Part shown: piece by piece, positions 59,001 through 64,000 of the stretch
Layout: each line of letters starts with the position of its first letter
How positions within the stretch are numbered: position 1 is the first letter of the stretch
NCBI GenBank assembly: GCA_043228905.1
Contig: JBHGNT010000003.1
Coordinates: forward strand, 12,586,001 to 12,650,000
From: Azolla caroliniana
Taxonomy: Eukaryota; Plantae; Polypodiophyta
Reading direction: 5' to 3'
Length of the DNA: 64,000 bases
Position numbers and translations under genes: made by a program
Notes under the pieces: generated by a model
Told to the model about the DNA's origin: nothing
Database searches by the model: none
The model's input: only the letters and a program-made list of their open reading frames with translations

Positions 59001-62000
59001 GTTTTGATGGCTCCTCATCCGAGTCTAATTCGGATCCTTGGAGATGTCCCTCTTCCGGGTGTCTCTTGGTTGGTCCGCTCCTTGTCTGAATATGACCTCC
59101 AAATGTCCTTCGACCGATTTGGCTTGCCCAATGTGTTCTTCAACTAACATTCAACTTCCGGTTGGATGGTGCATATCTCATCCGCTTGTTTTGTTTCGAT
59201 CAACTAGGAGGATGATCCCATCTTCTCCGTCTCCCAATCGATAATAACCTTTTTTTCCATGAAGACTATGTATCGGGTCCTGATGACCTAGTTTTGCTTC
59301 TCAGGGGGGTATCTCCTGCCTTGGTTCTGATTACTTGTCTCTCCATTATTCTCTTTTGATGGCTTCTCATCAGAGTCAGATTTGGATCCTTGTCCATGTC
59401 TGGCTTTGGGATGCCTTGCGGTCGGTCCGACTCCTTGTCTCGATCTAGCCTTCAAATGTCCTCCGACCGATTAGTGGGCCCAATGTGTTCTTCAGCTAAC
59501 ATCCGACGTCCGGCTAGATGGTGCGTATCTCATCCGGTTGTTCTGTTCCAGTCAAATAGGAGGATGATCCCATTATCTCCATCTCCCAATCGACAATACC
59601 CTCTTCTTCCATGAAGAGTATGTCTTGGGTCCTGATGACCTAGTTCTGCTTCTTAGGGGGTATCTCCTTCCTTGGTTTAGATTAGTCGGCTCTCCATCAT
59701 TCTCTTTTGCAGGCTCGTAATCCGAGTCTGATTCGGATCCTTGTCTATGTCCGGCTTTGGGATGCCTTGTAGTTGGTCCAGCTCCTTGTCTCGATCTGGC
59801 CTCCAAATGTCCTCGAACTGATAAATTAGCCCAATGTGTTCTTCAGCTAACATCTGATTTCCGACTTGATGGTGCGTATCTCATCCGATTGTTCTCTTCT
59901 GATCAACTAGGAGGATTATCCCATCTTCTTCGTCTCCCAATCGACAATAGCCTTTTCTTCCATGAAGACTATGTATCGGGTCTTGATGACCTAGTTCTGC
60001 TTCTCAGGGGGTATCTCCTGCATTGGTTTTGATTAGTTGGCTCTACATCGTTTTGTTTTGTTGGCTCCTCATTTGAGTCCGATTCGGATCCTTGTCCATG
60101 TCTGACTTCGGGATACCTTTCGGGTGGTCCATCTCCTTGTCTGGATCTGGCCTCCAAATGTCCTTCGACCGATTTGGCTGGCCCAATGTGTTCTTCAGGT
60201 AACATCCGACTTTCGGTTGGATGGTGCGTATCTCATTTGGCTGTTCTCTTCCGGTCAACTAGGAGGATGATCCCATCTTCTCTGTTTCCCAATCGGCAAT
60301 AGCCTTTTCTTCCATGAAGACTATGTACCGGTTCCTGATGACCTAGTTCTGCTTCTCAAGGGGATATCTCCTGCCTTGGTTCTGATTAGTCGGCTCTGCA
60401 TCATTCTCTTTTGCTGGCTTTTCATCGGAGTCTGATTCAAGTCCTTGTCTTTGTCCGGCTTCGGGATGCCTTGCAGTTGCTCCGGCTCCATTTCTTGATC
60501 TGAGCTCCAAATGTCCTCCGACTGATTAGTTAGCCCAATGTGTTTGTTGAGGGATGGGGGGTTCAGCCAAGAACGGCTCCACCCCCTTCCTAAGGGGGTT
60601 GAGCGTGAAGAAACTAGAGAGAAAGGGAAAGAGAGAGAGACAAAACAATGTTGAGAGGAAAACTAGTGTTCTCATTCCGGTCAACTAGGAGGATGATTCT
60701 ATCTTCTCCGTCTCCCAATCGACAATAGCCTTTTCTTCCATGAAGACTATGTATCAGGTCCTGATTACCTAGTTCTGCTTCTCAGGGGCGTTCTACCTCT
60801 CAGGGGGTATCTCCTGCATTGGTTCTGATTAGCCAAATTCATCTTCATATTTGATGTCCATCTTCCGGATGCCTTTCGGTTGGTCCGGCTCCTTGTCTAG
60901 ATCTGGCCTCTAAATGTCTTCCGACTGATATGGCTAGCCCAATGTGTTCTTCATCTAACATTCGACTTCCGGCTGAATGGTGCTTATCTCATCCGGTTGT
61001 TCTCTTCTAGTAAACTAGGATGATGATCCCATCTTCTCCGTCTCCCAATTGACAATAATGTTTTCTTCCATGAAGACTATGTACTGGGTCCCGATGACCT
61101 AGTTCTGCTTCTCAGGGGGCCACTCTGCTTCTCAGGGGGTATCTCCTGCCTTGGTTCTGATTAGTTGGCACTACATCGTTCTCTTTTGATGGCTCCTCAT
61201 CCGAGTCCGATTCGGATCCTTGGAGATGTCCCTCTTCCGGATGTCTTTCGGTTGGTCTACTCCATGTCTGGATCTGACCTCCAAATGTCCTCCGAACAAT
61301 TTGGCTGGCCCAATGTGTTCTTCAGCTAACATTTGACTTTCGGCTGGATGGTGCATATCTCATCTGGCTATTCTCTTTTGATCAACTAGGAGGATGATCC
61401 CATCTTCTTAGTTTCCCAATCAGTAATAGCCTTTTCTTCCATGAAGACTATGTATCGGGTCCTGATGACCTAGTTTTGCTTCTTAGGGGGTATCTCCGGC
61501 CTTGGTTCTGATTACTCGTCTTTGCATTATTCTCTTTTGATGGCTCCTCATCCGAGTTTGATTCGGATCCTTGTCCATGTCCTTCTTCGGGATGCATTGT
61601 AGTTGGTCCGGTTCCTTCTCTCGATCTGTCCTGCAAATGTCCTCCGACCGATTAGTTGGGCCAATGTGGTCTTCAGTTAACATCCGACTTCCAGGTGGAT
61701 GATGCGTATCTCATACGATTGTTCTCTTCCGGTCAACTAGGAGGATGATCCCATCTTCTTTGTCTCCCAATCGACAATAGCCTTTCTTCCATGAAGACTA
61801 TGTATTGAGTCCTAATGACCTAGTTCTGCATCTCAGGGGGGCGTTCTTCTTCTTAGGGGGTATTTGTTGCCTTGGTTCAGATTAGTCGGCTCTGCATCAT
61901 TCTCTTTTGATGGCTCGTTATTTGAGTCTGATTCGGATGCTTGTTTATGGTTGGCTTCGGGATGCCTTTCGGTTGGTCCGGCTCCTTGTTTAGATCTGGC

Positions 62001-62675
62001 CTCCAAATGTCTTCCGACCAATTTGGCTGGCCCAATGTGTTCTTTATCTAACATCCGACTTCCGGCTGGATGGTGCGTATCTCATCCGGTGTTCTCTTCC
62101 AGTCAACTAGGAGGATGATCCCATCTTCTCCGTCTCCCAATCAGCAATAGCGTTTTCTGCCATGAAGACTATGTACCGGATCCTGATGACCTGGTTCTAC
62201 TTCTCAGGGGGGCGTTCTACTTCTTAAAGGGTGTCTCTTCCCTTGGTTATGATTAGTCGGCTCTGCATCGTTCTCTTTTGTTGGCTTCTCATCCGAGTTC
62301 GATTTGGATCCTTGTCAATGTCCGTCTTCCGGATGCCCTTTCGGATGGTCCGGCTCCTTGTCTGGATCTGGCCTCCAAATGTTCTCCGATCGATTTGACT
62401 GGCCCAATGTGTTCTGGAGCTAATATTTGACTTCCGGCTGGATGGTGCATATCTCATCTAACTGTTCTCTTCTGGTCAACGAGGAGGATGATCTCATCTT
62501 CTCTGTCTCCTAATTGGCAATAGCCTTTTCTTCCATGAAGACTATGTACCGGGTCCTGATGACCTAGTTCTGCTTCTCAAGGGTGTATCTGCTGCCTTGG
62601 TTTTGATTAGTCAGCTCTGCATCGTTCTCTTTTGCTGGTTTGTCATCTGAGTCTGATTTAGATCCTTGTCCATGA
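56020..62675 (-). repeat. Tandem array of about 18-19 diverged ~350 bp units derived from copia sequence
   Basis: CCATGAAGACTATGTA-like marker recurs near 56371, 56528, 56877, 57228, 57580, 57932, 58229, 58578, 58906, 59257, 59609, 59960, 60313, 60738, 61068, 61439, 61789, 62160, 62533. Confidence 0.93.
60545..60668. other. Short foreign insert in the array, probably a truncated LTR end
   Basis: Starts TGTTGAG, unrelated to the array unit, replaces part of a unit. Confidence 0.5.
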
Positions 62676-64000
62676 CACATCCTTGCCCGTCCTCACCCTC
62701 TATGGGATATCACCATCTAAAGGAATTGAGGGAGACTTGGTTATTACATACGCCGTCGTCATCAATGCTTCTAACCAAAAGGTTTTTGACAACCTAGCAT
62801 GTACCAACATACATCGAACCCTTTCCATTACGGTCTGGTCCTTTCCATTATGGTCTGGTTCATCCTTTCGGCCATTCCGTTTAGTTTCGGAGTCTTCAAC
62901 ACTTTATACTCTAGCTGGATACCTTATGATCAGTAGTATTCTTCAAACTCCCCTTTGTACTCTCCTCCATTTTCCATCCAGACGGCCTTCAGCTTTTGTC
63001 CGAATTCCCTTTCTTCCCTCACCTGGAACTCTTTGAAGACGGACAAGACCTGGTCCATTATCTTTAGCATGAAAGCCCATAATACAACTTCTGGCTATAA
63101 TAATCTATGAAGGTAACAAAGTAAAGTATTGTGCACCAACATGTGATTTTGCATCTACATACCATACATCATTGTGCACGGAGGCCTAGGGCAGAAGGTG
63201 GCCCTATTCTGCTTTCTCGCTAGGTAGTCAACACATTTTGTCCAGATGCACATTCTTCACCTTCGGCATGAGTTCTTTTACAGCTAGCATCTACGTGCCC
63301 TTCTTACTCATGTGGCACAACCTCTTATGCTAGAGCTCGATGGCTATGTCGGCCGCCACATTTGCCTCATTCCAGCTCAGCCATGCATGCATCACATATA
63401 ATGTATTTTGCTTCCGGCATGAGCCACAATTAGGTTTCCCTTGCAGAATTTCCATGTGCCATTTCGGAAGTTACCATTGTTACCTTCATCATCTAGCCAT
63501 CCGGTTGATATCAAATTTAGGCTGATATTTGGAACATGGCGCACATCTTTTAGCATCATTTTGCAGTCTGTTGAGGTTAGCAAACATACATTTCCGATTC
63601 TGATGATCTTGCATGCATTGTCATTTCCCATCTTCACATAGTCGTAATCTTTGGCCGTGTAGGATGAGAAGCATTCTCTGTTGGGGATCAGGTGAAACGA
63701 CGCACCAGAATCGACCATCCATGACGATTCATCACCAACGAGATTTACTTCATTCTGTTCAGTAATGAACAACAACTCCTCTTCACTCATGGCGATGGCT
63801 GACGTGATCTTGCCATCTGAAATCTTTTTCGGCTCAACACCTTTGTTTTTCTGGTAATGTTGATAATTCTTCTAGAAGTGTCCCAACTGCCCATAGTAGA
63901 AGCATGTGAGCTTTCCCTTCGATTTCGACCCCGGCTTGGACCTATCCCTGTTCTGCGGACTTCTCTACCTGCCACTTCCTTTATTGGAGTCACCTTTTGT

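Larger units (their letters stand above)
55982..64000 (-). mobile_element. Degenerate copia (family A-related) with an amplified integrase-RT linker
   Basis: MVDSGASFH ~63710, integrase remnants 62680-63350, LLTDEGE at ~55990-56010. Confidence 0.85.

Noticed and set aside
56020-62675. CRISPR-like array or repeat-protein gene
   Set aside because: Whole units are homologous with no unique spacers, frames are broken, context is eukaryotic with no cas genes

Overview
Eukaryotic land-plant intergenic/heterochromatic DNA (Tcn1-type chromoviruses plus a PLS-type PPR fragment suggest a seed-free plant such as a fern; inference only), made almost entirely of nested transposons, with no intact host gene. 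It holds: Tnt1/Tork-like Ty1/copia elements (intact 43615-48952, partly seen 1-4184, degenerate 25149-30877, fragments); a second, degenerate copia family with a 3' extension (19219-25083, 40785-55981); an intact Ty3/gypsy chromovirus (5843-11777) inserted into the BED finger of an internally deleted hAT element, plus a degenerate relative (51394-55720); a degenerate non-chromoviral gypsy (17524-~40760); and a ~6.7 kb tandem array of ~350 bp units derived from copia coding sequence. Most notable: the large gypsy carries a second aspartic protease in frame after integrase plus extra 3' ORFs; the chromovirus shows an 11-nt Tf1-like self-priming signal, heat-shock elements, a tRNA-like LTR segment and a -1 frameshift cassette. 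All identities and boundaries were read by eye.
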